A stretch of DNA of 64,000 bases from Solirubrobacterales bacterium (GCA_051306435.1 JBPPNF010000006.1:834-64833); one strand, 5' to 3'. Counted from the stretch's first letter, positions 44,531 to 54,070 are shown. Notes: generated by a model from the sequence alone, not told the origin. Numbers and translations are program-made.

Positions 44531-45697
44531 ATGTCAGTAGCTGTTGCGGCCGGTTCGCGGCCCCTCTTTGAAGACGTCCACGAGGACTACCGTGCGAGCT
44601 TTCGCCAGTTCCTCGAAGCCGAAGTGGTCCCCAAGCACGAAGAGTGGGGCGAGAAGCACCTCGTGGACCGCGAACTGTTCACGAAGGCCGGCGAGCACGG
44701 CTTCATCGCGATGGCAGTCGACGAGGAGTACGGCGGATTCGGAGTAGAGGACTGGCGCTTCAACGCGATTCTTGCCGAGGAAGCCGCGTACGCCGGCGTC
44801 CAGGCATCTTGGATGGGCCCGTCGGTCCACACGGACCTCGGCGTTCCCTACATCCGTGCAGCGGCCAATGACGAGCAGAAGGCGCGCTGGTACCCGCAGA
44901 TCGCGACCGGCGAGAAGATCCTCGCGCTGGCGATGACCGAGCCGGGCACCGGGTCGGACCTCTCCGCCATCAGCACGACCGCAGTGCGCGACGGCGACGA
45001 CTACATCGTCAACGGCTCCAAGACCTTCATCAGCAACGGGATCAACGCCGACCAGGTCGTGACCGCTGTCCGCACAGGAGATGACCCGCACCACGGCCTC
45101 TCGATGATGGTCATCGAGCGCGGGATGGACGGCTTCGAGCGCGGCAAGCAGATCCAAAAGCGCGGTCAGCACGCCAGCGACACCGCCGAGCTCTACTTCA
45201 ACGACTGCCGGGTCCCGGCCGACAACCTCCTGGGAGAAGAGGGCACCGGCTTCGCCCAGCTGATGGCCCACCTGATCCCCGAGCGTCTCGGCCTGGCCGT
45301 CGGCTCGATCGCTGCCTGCGAAGCGGTTCTCGACCTGACGCTCGAATACGCCAAGGAGCGCAAAGCCTTCGGCCGCCCGATCGGCTCGTTCCAGAACTCG
45401 CGCTTCGTGCTCGCTGAGGCACAGACGAAGATCACGATCACTCGCGTATGGATGGACACGATCGTCCAGAAGTACATCGAGGGCACGTGCACCGTCCAGG
45501 AAGCCGCGATGGCCAAGTACTGGACCACCGACCTGATGTCAGACGTCGCCGACGTCTGCGTCCAGATGTTCGGCGGCTACGGCTACACCACTGAGTACAA
45601 GGTCAGTGAGTACTGGGCCGACGCACGCGTGAACCGCATCTACGCGGGCACCAACGAGATCATGAAGGAGCTCATCGGTCGCTCGATGGGTCTTTAG
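44531..45697 (+). CDS. acyl-CoA dehydrogenase
   Basis: LAMTEPGTGSDL, KRGQHASDTAELYFND and the catalytic YAGTNEIMKELIGR motif are present; 388 aa. Confidence 0.9.
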   Translation: MSVAVAAGSRPLFEDVHEDYRASFRQFLEAEVVPKHEEWGEKHLVDRELFTKAGEHGFIAMAVDEEYGGFGVEDWRFNAILAEEAAYAGVQASWMGPSVHTDLGVPYIRAAANDEQKARWYPQIATGEKILALAMTEPGTGSDLSAISTTAVRDGDDYIVNGSKTFISNGINADQVVTAVRTGDDPHHGLSMMVIERGMDGFERGKQIQKRGQHASDTAELYFNDCRVPADNLLGEEGTGFAQLMAHLIPERLGLAVGSIAACEAVLDLTLEYAKERKAFGRPIGSFQNSRFVLAEAQTKITITRVWMDTIVQKYIEGTCTVQEAAMAKYWTTDLMSDVADVCVQMFGGYGYTTEYKVSEYWADARVNRIYAGTNEIMKELIGRSMGL

Positions 45698-45708
45698 GCT
45701 CCGGCGCC

Positions 45709-47670
45709 ATGAACGTGACCAAGGCAGCCGTCGTGGGCGCGGGCACGATGGGCGGAGAGATCGCCTTCGTGATCGCGTCGGCGGGCATCCCAGTCCTGCT
45801 CAAAGATGTCGACCAGAAGTTCGTCGACCACGGAATCGACAAGGCGACCGAGCTGCTTGATCGCGCGGTCAAGAAAGAGAAGATCGACGAGTCCGGGAAG
45901 GCCGCAGTCCTCGGTCTGATCACCGGCACGCTCGACTACGACGGCTTCGGCGACGTTGACTTCGTGATCGAGGCCGTGCCCGAGCGGATGGCGATCAAGC
46001 AGTCCGTCTTCGCGGATCTCGACGCAACGACATCGGGCCACGCAATCCTCGCGAGCAACACGAGTGCGCTTTCAATCGACGAGATCGGCGCCGCAACCAC
46101 GCGCCCGGACAAGGTCGTCGGATTCCACTTCTTCTACCCGGCGAGCTTCAGCAAGCTCGTCGAGGTGATCGAGGGAGCATCGACGTCACCGGAGACGAGC
46201 ATCGCCGCCGCGAACTTCGCGCAGAAGATCAAGAAGTCACCGATCACCTGCGCGGATGCGCCCGGGTTTGTCGTGAACCGAATTCTCACTGCCAGCATCG
46301 GCGAGATGTTCCGCGCCGCCGACGAGCACGACCTCTCGCCGGCTCAGATGGATTCTGCGGTCGTCAGCCTGAAGACCGCGCCCGCCGGCCCGGCCACGCT
46401 GACCGACACGCTCGGCCTTGACACCGTCCTTCACGTGATGGAGCACCTCAACGCCGAGCTTGGCGACACCTTCTACGTCGCCCCGAAGCTGAAGGAACTG
46501 GTCGAAGCCGGAAAGCTCGGCGCCAAGACCGGCAGTGGTTTCTACGACCCGGCCGGCCAGCCCGGCGAGTTGCCTGAAGTCGACGGCGCTCTGGCGGGCG
46601 AGCTTGCCCTGCGCAGCGGCCTGCGCGCGCTGGTCGAAGCGATTCTGATCGTCGAAGAGGCCGTCGGCAACGCCCGCGAGATCGACCTCGGAATGATCAT
46701 GGGCGCCGGAATTGTCCCGGGACCGCTTGCTCAGGCCGACGCGATGGGCCTTGACAACGCTCTGGTGGCGCTGCAGCACGCCGAGACGCAATGGGGCGAG
46801 GGTTTCGCCCCGCCGACCCTGCTCAGGCGCCTCGTCGCTCAAGGCCGCACAGGAAAGGCCGCAGGACAGGGCTTCTTCGCCTACCCGCAGCCCGCGGACG
46901 GCGATCAGGCTGACGTCGTGCTGTTCGAGAAGCGCGGTCGTGTCGCTGTCGCCTGGCTCAGGGCCAAACCTGTCAACCCGATCTCCGCGGAGCTCGTCCA
47001 CGACCTTGAGATCGTCTACGACCGCGCCGAGGCCGACCCCGAGATCAAAAGTCTCGTGATCGCCAGCGCGAACACGGCGATCTTCAGCGCCGGCGCGAAC
47101 CTCAAAGCCTTCGCCGCCTTCGGTCCCGACGAAGTCGCCGCGGCGATCGACGCGACCAACGCGATCTTCCGCAGGATTGAGACCGGCCGCCTGACCACGA
47201 TCGCGGCCGTCAACGGCGGAGCGTTCGGGGGTGGATGTGAGCTCTCGATGAGCGCCGACGTGCGGCTCGCAGGCGAGTCGGCGACCTTCGGCCAGCCGGA
47301 GATCAATCTCGGCATCATTCCGGGCTTCGGCGGTTCTCAGCGCCTCCCGCGACTGGTCGGCAAGGCCGCTGCCTTCGAGATCATCGCCGGCGGCGAGAAC
47401 ATCTCGGCCTGGCGCGCACTCGAGATCGGCCTGGTCAGTGACGTGCTGCCGGACCACGAACTCTTCGACGCCGCGATCGCGCTCGGCGAGCAGCTCGCTG
47501 CCCAACCGCAGGCCGCGATCAGGCAGATCAAGTCACTGCTCGACGACCCGACGCTCGAAGCCGGCATCCAGCGCGAGCGCGATGCATTCGTGGCTGCGGT
47601 CGATTCTCCGGACGGTCGCGAAGGCGTGGCCGCCTTCCTCCAGAAGCGCGCACCCAGGTTCGCGAAGTGA
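45709..47670 (+). CDS. bifunctional 3-hydroxyacyl-CoA dehydrogenase (N-terminal) / enoyl-CoA hydratase (C-terminal) fusion
   Basis: N-terminal Rossmann motif VVGAGTMGGEIA plus LASNTSALSI and HFFYPA (HAD). The C-terminal crotonase fold has FSAGANLKAF and GGAFGGGCELSMSAD. Domain order is the reverse of E. coli FadB. Confidence 0.85.
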   Translation: MNVTKAAVVGAGTMGGEIAFVIASAGIPVLLKDVDQKFVDHGIDKATELLDRAVKKEKIDESGKAAVLGLITGTLDYDGFGDVDFVIEAVPERMAIKQSVFADLDATTSGHAILASNTSALSIDEIGAATTRPDKVVGFHFFYPASFSKLVEVIEGASTSPETSIAAANFAQKIKKSPITCADAPGFVVNRILTASIGEMFRAADEHDLSPAQMDSAVVSLKTAPAGPATLTDTLGLDTVLHVMEHLNAELGDTFYVAPKLKELVEAGKLGAKTGSGFYDPAGQPGELPEVDGALAGELALRSGLRALVEAILIVEEAVGNAREIDLGMIMGAGIVPGPLAQADAMGLDNALVALQHAETQWGEGFAPPTLLRRLVAQGRTGKAAGQGFFAYPQPADGDQADVVLFEKRGRVAVAWLRAKPVNPISAELVHDLEIVYDRAEADPEIKSLVIASANTAIFSAGANLKAFAAFGPDEVAAAIDATNAIFRRIETGRLTTIAAVNGGAFGGGCELSMSADVRLAGESATFGQPEINLGIIPGFGGSQRLPRLVGKAAAFEIIAGGENISAWRALEIGLVSDVLPDHELFDAAIALGEQLAAQPQAAIRQIKSLLDDPTLEAGIQRERDAFVAAVDSPDGREGVAAFLQKRAPRFAK

Positions 47671-48434
47671 CGCCGAGCGACTCCGTCGCAACGCTCGCCC
47701 AGGCCCTCGTCAACGCCCGCAGCGCGGTTGTCCTGACGGGCGCTGGCGTTTCCGTACCCAGCGGCATCCCCGACTTCCGCACGCCGGAGACGGGCATGTG
47801 GGCGGAGGTGGACCCGATGGAGGTCGCACACATCGACACCTTCACCTACGAGCCGGAACGCTTCTGGTCGTTCTACGGCGAGCGCTTCGCCTCGCTGGGC
47901 GACAAACGCCCCAATGGCGCGCACGAGGTGCTGGTCGAACTGGAAAAGCGTGGGCTGATCGATGCGGTCGTCACACAGAACATCGACCGCCTGCACCACA
48001 TGGCAGGCACGCAGGACCTGATCGAGGTTCACGGTTCGATCGAGACCTCACGGTGTCTCGCCTGCGGAGCCGAGTATGAGCTTGAGTGGGTGCGCGATCA
48101 GGCTGCTGAACACGGCGTGCCGCGCTGCATCGAGTGCGAGACCAAGCCCGCGCTCAAGCCCGACGTCGTGCTCTTCGGCGAGCTGCTTCCCGAGCTGTCA
48201 ATCCAACGCGCGTTCGAGGTGGCCGGCGCCGCTGATCTCCTGATCGCCGTCGGCAGTTCGCTCGTCGTGCACCCGGTCGCGAGCCTCCCGGCAATCACGC
48301 TCAAGAGCGGGGGAGAGCTCGCGCTGATCACCAGCGGCCCGACGCCGTACGACGACGAGGCCCTCGTGAAGCTGGACGGCGACGTTGAGGAAGAGATGAC
48401 CGCGCTGCTTGCCGCGGTCGATCAGCTCTCCTAG
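47667..48434 (+). CDS. cobB: Sir2-family NAD+-dependent protein deacylase
   Basis: GAGVSVPSGIPDFR, TQNIDRLH and a Zn ribbon (CLAC...CIEC) are present. GTGA overlap with the upstream gene. Confidence 0.85.
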   Translation: MTPSDSVATLAQALVNARSAVVLTGAGVSVPSGIPDFRTPETGMWAEVDPMEVAHIDTFTYEPERFWSFYGERFASLGDKRPNGAHEVLVELEKRGLIDAVVTQNIDRLHHMAGTQDLIEVHGSIETSRCLACGAEYELEWVRDQAAEHGVPRCIECETKPALKPDVVLFGELLPELSIQRAFEVAGAADLLIAVGSSLVVHPVASLPAITLKSGGELALITSGPTPYDDEALVKLDGDVEEEMTALLAAVDQLS

Positions 48435-50719
48435 TCCTTTGCCTTGACCTTCTTGTTGACCTTGATCGCGTAGGCGGAGGGCTGGGTCGGGACTTCGGGG
48501 TTCTCGATCGTTCCGAGGTGGTCGAAGACGCGGTACCAGTCCTTTTTGGAGATGCGTGATCCCGTGCTGCCCTTGGCGACCTTGCCGTTGCGGTTGATTG
48601 AACCGCCCGGTCGGAAGCCGACGTGGATGTGGTCTGCGTGGTTGCCCATCGCCAGAGTCGCGCCGCCGATGTCAAAGAGCGAGATGATCTGGTGCGGTTC
48701 GAGCACGCCCTGGAGGGTCATGATCTTGCGCACGACGTCTTCCATCAGGCCGCCCGGCGTGTTGTTGCTGATCATCGCCTTGCCGTTGATCGCTGCGATG
48801 TCGAGCGCGGTGCCGGTCGTGTGCTCGGAGACGTTGCCCGAGCTGGTGAGGATGCCGTGACCTGAGATCAGGCTGGTTACGGTCGGGCTGTAGCCCTGGC
48901 TGTCGAGGAATGCCATGACGGCCAGCACGCGGCGGTCGATCTGACCGGCGGCGATGTCGGCGCGGCCACCCTCGTAAATCTTGATGCTCTTCTTACGCAG
49001 CACGAACTGCTCGAGCTGCTCCTTGCTCATCAGCAGGATCTGGCCGATCGTGCGGTCGCCGCCCTTGGTGGCTAGCGGGTTCATGCCGATCGCGCGGTAG
49101 ACGGCGGTCGAGTCAAGAAGCTTCCAACCGTCGAGGATCGGCTTCGGGTCGACCACAGGCGCGCCGCTGCCGGCAGGGCGGACCTGGAAGTTGAGGTAAG
49201 GGGTGCGTCCGTTGGGGCGCTCGCCGAGGCGGCCGATGATCGTTCCGCCGATCAGCTTGGAGCCGACCTTCATCTCCTTGAGGACGACATCTTCCTTCTT
49301 CAGGCCGTACGGACGAGCGAAGTAGTTGTCGAAGGTCTCGTAGGCGCTCATCGCCTGACCGGTCGTGGCGTCGTACGCGCCGCTGCCGGCGTTGCGTTCA
49401 CGGTCGGGGTGGGCGTAGATGCGTTCCTTGGTGGACACGCGCGGGCCGACCTGCTTGTTCGGGTCCGCGACTGCGCGGGCCTGGGCAGCTTCGGCCTCTG
49501 CGGTGCTCTGCTCGCCCTTGCGACGCGGCACGGGGTAGAGCTTGGAGACGCTGCCGAGGTTGGCGTACTTGTAACGGTTGCCGTAGTTGTCCTCGAGGAT
49601 CATGAAGTTGCCGTCGCGCTTGTTCTTGCCGACCATCTCGACCGTCGAATCCTGCACCGCGATCGCCGGAGCGTTCACGCGGGAGTAGATCTTGATCGCG
49701 TTGCGGCGAGCCGAACCCTGAACCACACGTGCAGCGTTGCCACTCTTGACACGCTTGGTGCCGGTCTTGACCGCGCCTGTGTAAGTGGCGCGTGCGTAGA
49801 CCGGGAAGTGACCCTGGGTGAGACCTGTGAGTGAGTCGATCAGCACGTCGGGCACGCCGGCGATCAGTTTGGCGCGGAGCATGACCTGGTCGACGTACCA
49901 CTGCGCGTGGTTGTAGGCGAAGATCGAACGTTCGATGTCGTCGTGGCCACCGGCCGCTTTCAGGTAGCGGGCTGCGGCGAAGATTGCGTCGACCGGGTTG
50001 TAGGGATCCTTGACGCCGTCGTTGTTGGCGTCGGTTCCGTACATCTCCCAGGTCGCCGGCATGAACTGCATCCAGCCGAGTGCTCCGGCGGACGAGACGT
50101 TCAGGTTGCGGCCGTAGTCGGTCTCGATCTCGTTGATCGAAGCGAGGATCTCCCAGCGGATGCCGTACTCGGTTCCGGCCGCCTGGTAGATCGGCAGGAG
50201 GAACGGCGGGATCTGGAACTGCTTGAGAACAAGGTTGGGCACGCTGATCGGGCCACTCGAAGATTCTCCGCCGATGTCGAGCGGGTCGCCGGCAGTCGTC
50301 GTGCCGCCGCCGTTGGAGCCGCCGCCCGATCCCCCTCCGCCGTCACTGTCGACCGCGAGGCCGTCGTCGCCGCTGGAGGACTTCCGCTTCTTGGCCCTGG
50401 TCGTGCTCTTCCTGGTGCCCGACGAAGACTTCTTCTTGGCGCTGTCTGAGGAGTCGCTGTCGTCGCCACCGGTTGAGCCGCTGCCGGTCGAGCCGCTGCC
50501 GGTCGACGGGGCGGTCGTCTTCTTCGGTGCGGTCGAACCCGGGTCGGTGGTCTCGGCAGGGGCAGTGTTGTCAGAGCCGTCCGGAACGATGCCGGGGCTC
50601 TCGCCCGAGCCTGCGGTCGGGTCGGCGTACGCGGTGAAGGATCCGTACAGGACGCCGAGCAACGCGCAGATCACTGCAACGAGGACAATCGCCGACCTAT
50701 TGGAAGAAGTGCTCTTCAC
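48431..50719 (-). CDS. secreted multidomain cell-wall hydrolase: lytic transglycosylase (SLT) + degenerate LytM/M23-like + LAS-type (M15/VanY-like) zinc peptidase domains
   Basis: N-terminal TM/signal followed by a Ser/Gly/Thr-rich linker. The SLT motif is GALGWMQFMPATWEMYG...AIFAAARYL. The LytM-like region has YLNFQVRP where HLHFEVR is expected. The C-terminus carries HTTGTALD (Hx6D) and HADHIHV (HxH). Confidence 0.75.
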   Translation of the reverse strand: MKSTSSNRSAIVLVAVICALLGVLYGSFTAYADPTAGSGESPGIVPDGSDNTAPAETTDPGSTAPKKTTAPSTGSGSTGSGSTGGDDSDSSDSAKKKSSSGTRKSTTRAKKRKSSSGDDGLAVDSDGGGGSGGGSNGGGTTTAGDPLDIGGESSSGPISVPNLVLKQFQIPPFLLPIYQAAGTEYGIRWEILASINEIETDYGRNLNVSSAGALGWMQFMPATWEMYGTDANNDGVKDPYNPVDAIFAAARYLKAAGGHDDIERSIFAYNHAQWYVDQVMLRAKLIAGVPDVLIDSLTGLTQGHFPVYARATYTGAVKTGTKRVKSGNAARVVQGSARRNAIKIYSRVNAPAIAVQDSTVEMVGKNKRDGNFMILEDNYGNRYKYANLGSVSKLYPVPRRKGEQSTAEAEAAQARAVADPNKQVGPRVSTKERIYAHPDRERNAGSGAYDATTGQAMSAYETFDNYFARPYGLKKEDVVLKEMKVGSKLIGGTIIGRLGERPNGRTPYLNFQVRPAGSGAPVVDPKPILDGWKLLDSTAVYRAIGMNPLATKGGDRTIGQILLMSKEQLEQFVLRKKSIKIYEGGRADIAAGQIDRRVLAVMAFLDSQGYSPTVTSLISGHGILTSSGNVSEHTTGTALDIAAINGKAMISNNTPGGLMEDVVRKIMTLQGVLEPHQIISLFDIGGATLAMGNHADHIHVGFRPGGSINRNGKVAKGSTGSRISKKDWYRVFDHLGTIENPEVPTQPSAYAIKVNKKVKAKD

Positions 50720-51130
50720 GATTCAGAATCCTTGGACATGCTCAGTGAAACCGGCCAAACGCCTATCCATTCGGCGCTGCGCGCAAAACTCCCCATGCGC
50801 GAAAACCGGACGACGGAAAGATAGCGGTTAAGCGCGGAAGAATCCATAGCTACGCGCGAATTTGCAACGGCTGGTTCGGATTGCGAATGGCTGTGGTCAG
50901 GCGTGAGCTGCATGCTTTTCTTCAACGTTGAGAGTTCGCAGGACCGGCGGAGGTCGATCCGTCCCCGTGCGAAACATCCGGTCTCGCCTCGGGACAAGCT
51001 TGATACAGGCATCGACACAACCGGAGACGACCTTAATCCTCTGAATTTGAATTGGGCATGAAGTTTCTGAGAAGGTGGGGGGTGCAATTGCCGTTCTGCA
51101 CTCCCTAAACCTCAAGTTGAAGCTTAGAGT

Positions 51131-51502
51131 ATGGGTATTCGATCGATTTTTCGTATGCTGCGTGTATCGATGGCTGACAAGCGCGACATACGCAAGGACA
51201 AGGACGACGACGAGGGCATCGGCGGCATCGTCGACGAGCTCGCCAGCAGTTGGCTGGTCGGAGACGCGCTGACGCGCATCGTTGAGACGGGCGAGAAGGC
51301 TTTTCGTGCCCAGCAGACGGCGCTTTCTGCACTTGGCCTGCCTTCGGGCTCGCAGTTTGAAAGCCTCACGCTGCGCGTGCGCACAATCTTTCACCGCATC
51401 GAGGAGCTCGAGGACGAGCTTGACCGCGTGACGGCGCGCGTCGCGGCACTCGAGGCCAGGGCGAAAGCCAAGCCGGCCGCCGCCAAGCGCACAGCAAAGT
51501 AA
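51131..51502 (+). CDS. phasin-like / coiled-coil hypothetical protein
   Basis: The C-terminal LGLPSGSQFESLTLRVRTIFHRIEELEDELDRVTARVAALE resembles the PHA-granule-associated (phasin/PhaF-type) tail. ATG 51170 (MADKRD...) is an alternative start. Confidence 0.45.
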   Translation: MGIRSIFRMLRVSMADKRDIRKDKDDDEGIGGIVDELASSWLVGDALTRIVETGEKAFRAQQTALSALGLPSGSQFESLTLRVRTIFHRIEELEDELDRVTARVAALEARAKAKPAAAKRTAK

Positions 51503-51537
51503 TAAAGTCTCCGCGTCATGACGACGGAACCGCAGCA

Positions 51538-52320
51538 ATGAGAGCCGGACTGTTTCCCGGCCAGGGGAGCCAGACGCCGGACATGCCGGTTGACACCTCC
51601 GGGCAGCAGCCCGCGATATTTGCACGCTCGGTCGAGAGTTTCACTCAGCACGGCGTCGAATGCGACTACTTCCTCGGGCACTCGCTCGGGTCCTATGCGG
51701 CGCTGGTTGCCGCCGGCGCGATGGACGCCGCCGACGGAGAGAAGGTTGTGGCTGAACGCGGACTCGCGATGGCCGCCGCTGCAAGTGATCACCCCGGCGC
51801 AATGCTCGCGCTGCTCGGTTGCTCGCCAGAGGGCGCCCACGAGCTCGCCGCGCAGTTCGGACTTACCGTGGCAAACGACAACGCGCCCGGGCAGATCGTC
51901 ATCACCGGCGCGATCGAAGGCATCGAAGCGATCGAGGGCGCAGAGCCGGTAGACCCGACCGCCGGTGACGGCGCCCGCCGTCTGCGGCTCAAACGTCTCC
52001 CGGTCAGCGGAGCGTTCCACTCCCCTCTGATCGAGTCGGCGGCGGCGCGGCTCACGGCCGTGCTGGCTGATGTTGAGTTCAGCGACGCATCGCGCGTGAT
52101 CGCCAACGGTACTGCGCGGCCGTACGTTGACCCGCGTCGCGAACTCGCCGAGGAGTTGCTCGGGCCGGTGCGCTTCCGCGAGTCGCTGCTCCACATGTGG
52201 GAACTCGGCGTGCGGGAGTTCGTCGAGTTCGAGCCCGGCGGCGTGCTGACCGGACTGGTCAGGCGCACACTTCCCGATGCGCGCGCCGTCAAGGTCGCCG
52301 ACCTGGCCGCGAGCAGCTGA
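51538..52320 (+). CDS. fabD: malonyl-CoA:ACP transacylase, unusually short (260 aa)
   Basis: FPGQGSQ, the active-site motif GHSLGSYAAL, NAPGQIVITG and VSGAFHSPL are present. About 40 residues between GQGSQ and GHSLG are missing relative to E. coli FabD. Confidence 0.8.
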   Translation: MRAGLFPGQGSQTPDMPVDTSGQQPAIFARSVESFTQHGVECDYFLGHSLGSYAALVAAGAMDAADGEKVVAERGLAMAAAASDHPGAMLALLGCSPEGAHELAAQFGLTVANDNAPGQIVITGAIEGIEAIEGAEPVDPTAGDGARRLRLKRLPVSGAFHSPLIESAAARLTAVLADVEFSDASRVIANGTARPYVDPRRELAEELLGPVRFRESLLHMWELGVREFVEFEPGGVLTGLVRRTLPDARAVKVADLAASS

Positions 52321-52322
52321 AG

Positions 52323-53333
52323 ATGTCCGTCGTCGAAACAAGTCATGCCGCGTCAGGCACCGCCAAGCGCGAGCTTCGCACCGCCGGCATGCTCGGCTAC
52401 GGCTGCGCCCAGCCGAGCAGGGTCGTCACTTCGGAAGAGATCGCAGCGCGCTATGACCTGACCGCCGACTGGATAATTGAACGCACTGGCGTCGAGTCGC
52501 GCCGCGTGCTCGATCTGGAGAAGGGCGAGACGCTGCTGGATCTCGCGGCAGCTTCCTCGCGCGACGCGCTGGCCGTCGCCGGACGCAGCGCCGAAGAGAT
52601 CGACACCGTGATCGTTGCGACGATCACGCCGGACAACATCTTTCCCGCACAGTCCGTCGCGCTTGCCGCGGCAATCGGCGTTCCGCAGCGCGCGGTCGTC
52701 TACGACCTGAGCGCGGCCTGCACCGGCTTCGTGACGGCGATGGGGCAGGCGGCGGCTGCGATTGAGTCCGGTCGAAGTGAACTTGCGCTCGTCGTCGGCG
52801 CCGATGCGCTTTCGCGGATCACGCCGTACGACGATCCCAAGGGCGCCCCGCTCTTCGGGGATGCAGCGGGGGCAGTTGTGGTCGGACCGGCCGAGCACGG
52901 CGGGATCGGCCCAATTGTCGGTGGCTACGACCACCAGTACCGCATCCTCTTCACCGAACGTGACGACGGCAACGTGATCCGCATGCGCGGTCGCGAGACG
53001 TATTCGCACGCCGTCGCAAGGATGAGCGAGGTGATCCTCGAATCGCTGGCGCAACGCGGAGCGACGCTCGACGACGTCGCGCTGCTGGTCCCGCATCAGG
53101 CGAACATCCGAATCGTGCAGGCCGTCGGCGAGAAGCTCGGAATTTCGAGCGATCGCGTATCGACGCAGATCGCCGATGTCGGCAACACCTCGGCAGCCTC
53201 TATCCCGTTCGCTCTCCGGCGCGAATACGACGCCGGTCGCCTCGCCGACGGCGGACTGATCGCAATGGCCGGATTCGGCGGCGGGTTTGTCTACTCGGCA
53301 ATCACGGCGCAGATCGAGGGGATCGCTCCTTGA
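52323..53333 (+). CDS. fabH: 3-oxoacyl-ACP synthase III
   Basis: The start is moved to ATG 52323, 2 nt after the fabD stop. TADWIIERTGV, the active-site motif LSAACTGF, VPHQANIRI and GFGGGF are present. Confidence 0.88.
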   Translation: MSVVETSHAASGTAKRELRTAGMLGYGCAQPSRVVTSEEIAARYDLTADWIIERTGVESRRVLDLEKGETLLDLAAASSRDALAVAGRSAEEIDTVIVATITPDNIFPAQSVALAAAIGVPQRAVVYDLSAACTGFVTAMGQAAAAIESGRSELALVVGADALSRITPYDDPKGAPLFGDAAGAVVVGPAEHGGIGPIVGGYDHQYRILFTERDDGNVIRMRGRETYSHAVARMSEVILESLAQRGATLDDVALLVPHQANIRIVQAVGEKLGISSDRVSTQIADVGNTSAASIPFALRREYDAGRLADGGLIAMAGFGGGFVYSAITAQIEGIAP

Positions 53334-54070
53334 CCGAAGCTTCCGAGCACGCGCGCGTCGCACTGGTCACCGGTGCTTCGCGCGGGATCGGCCGTGCCAC
53401 CGCCGAGCGCCTGGCGCGCGACGGGCACGACGTCGCGATCACGTATTCGAGCGACGCGGATGGCGCCGCCGAGACGCTTGAAGCGATCGAAGCACTCGGT
53501 CGGCGGGGAGTTTCGCTCCAGGCTGACGTTCGGGACGTCTCGTCGGTCAACGCCGCATTCGAGCAGATCGAATCGACGCTCGGACCGGTCGCGGTGCTTG
53601 TGAACAACGCCGGCGTGCGCCACGACGGACTCGCCCTGAGGCTTTCCGACGAAGACTGGAGCGACACGCTCGACGCCAACCTCACAGGTGCGTTCAACTG
53701 TTCGCGCGCCGCGCTGCGCGGAATGGTCCGCGCACGCTGGGGACGGATCGTGATGGTCTCGTCGGTCGCCGGTGTGCACGGCAATCCCGGTCAAGCGGCC
53801 TACGGCGCTTCGAAGGCCGGGATGATCGGGCTTGCCCGCACGCTCGCCAAGGAGTACGCGCGCAAGAATGTCACCGTCAACGCAGTGGCACCGGGTCCGG
53901 TCGCGACGGCGATGACCGAGGGACTCGTGGACAAGATCGCCGAGGCCGTTCCGCTGGGTCGGCCCGGTACGGTTGACGAGGTCGCTGCGGCCGTCGGGTT
54001 TCTCGCCTCCGACGACGCGGCATATGTAACCGGTGTGGTGTTGCCGGTAGACGGCGGCATGACCGCCTGA
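53330..54070 (+). CDS. fabG: 3-oxoacyl-ACP reductase (SDR)
   Basis: TGASRGIGRA, NNAG, the catalytic YGASKAG motif and LASDDAAYVTG are present. TTG start overlaps the fabH stop. Confidence 0.88.
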   Translation: MTEASEHARVALVTGASRGIGRATAERLARDGHDVAITYSSDADGAAETLEAIEALGRRGVSLQADVRDVSSVNAAFEQIESTLGPVAVLVNNAGVRHDGLALRLSDEDWSDTLDANLTGAFNCSRAALRGMVRARWGRIVMVSSVAGVHGNPGQAAYGASKAGMIGLARTLAKEYARKNVTVNAVAPGPVATAMTEGLVDKIAEAVPLGRPGTVDEVAAAVGFLASDDAAYVTGVVLPVDGGMTA

